DNA of 64,000 nt from NCBI GenBank assembly GCA_028534125.1, contig CM052817.1:104968001-105032000 (forward strand). Direction: 5' to 3'. The position numbers and the translations under genes were made by a program. The notes below the pieces were generated by a model. It had not been told where the DNA came from and did no database searches. It saw only the letters and a list, made by a program, of their open reading frames with translations. The number at the start of each line of letters is the position of its first letter. The stretch's first letter is position 1. The DNA is from Lama glama (taxonomy: Eukaryota). Shown one piece after another: positions 63,871 to 64,000 of this stretch.

Positions 63871-63960
63871 TACACATATATATATATGATGGGGATATTA
63901 TGCTGTATACCAGAAATTGACACATTGTAATTGACTATACTTAAAAAAAACCCAAAAAAC
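63828..63960 (+). mobile_element. (TA)n(CA)n microsatellite followed by a short L1 3' end
   Basis: TATGCTGTATACCAGAAATTGACACATTGTAATTGACTATACTT followed by an A tail. Confidence 0.85.
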
Positions 63961-64000
63961 TCTAATTGCATACCTTCTCTTTCAATATGATTTCATTGCA

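Noticed and set aside
1..64000. A novel multi-gene biological system
   Set aside because: No intact coding genes or RNA genes were found; the recognisable structure is explained by known mammalian transposon classes and simple repeats

Overview
Mammalian genomic DNA, AT-rich and CpG-depleted, with a 500-N assembly gap at 29155-29654. It is most likely camelid (alpaca/vicuna/camel), inferred from four tRNA-derived SINEs that resemble the camelid Vic-1 family and from artiodactyl-type L1 3' ends. I found no credible host protein-coding exon, RNA gene or CRISPR array, so the window reads as intergenic or deep-intronic sequence made mostly of nested transposon fossils. These include a roughly 6.3-kb near-full-length decayed L1 (minus strand), many truncated L1 ends, L2/MIR/HAL1 relics, several MLT1 (MaLR) LTRs plus a MaLR internal region, a decayed ERVL pol, MER58A MITEs, and several younger ERV1-type LTRs, two of them solo LTRs with 4-bp target-site duplications. 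The supplied ORFs are L1 fragments, microsatellite or N artefacts, or chance ORFs. I see no evidence of a novel multi-gene system. The observations most worth checking are LTRs with intact-looking promoters, rearranged or inverted retroelements, a few hairpins and palindromes, and motif clusters in non-repetitive islands. Repeat subfamily names come from my recall of consensus sequences and were not verified by search; boundaries of old repeats are approximate.
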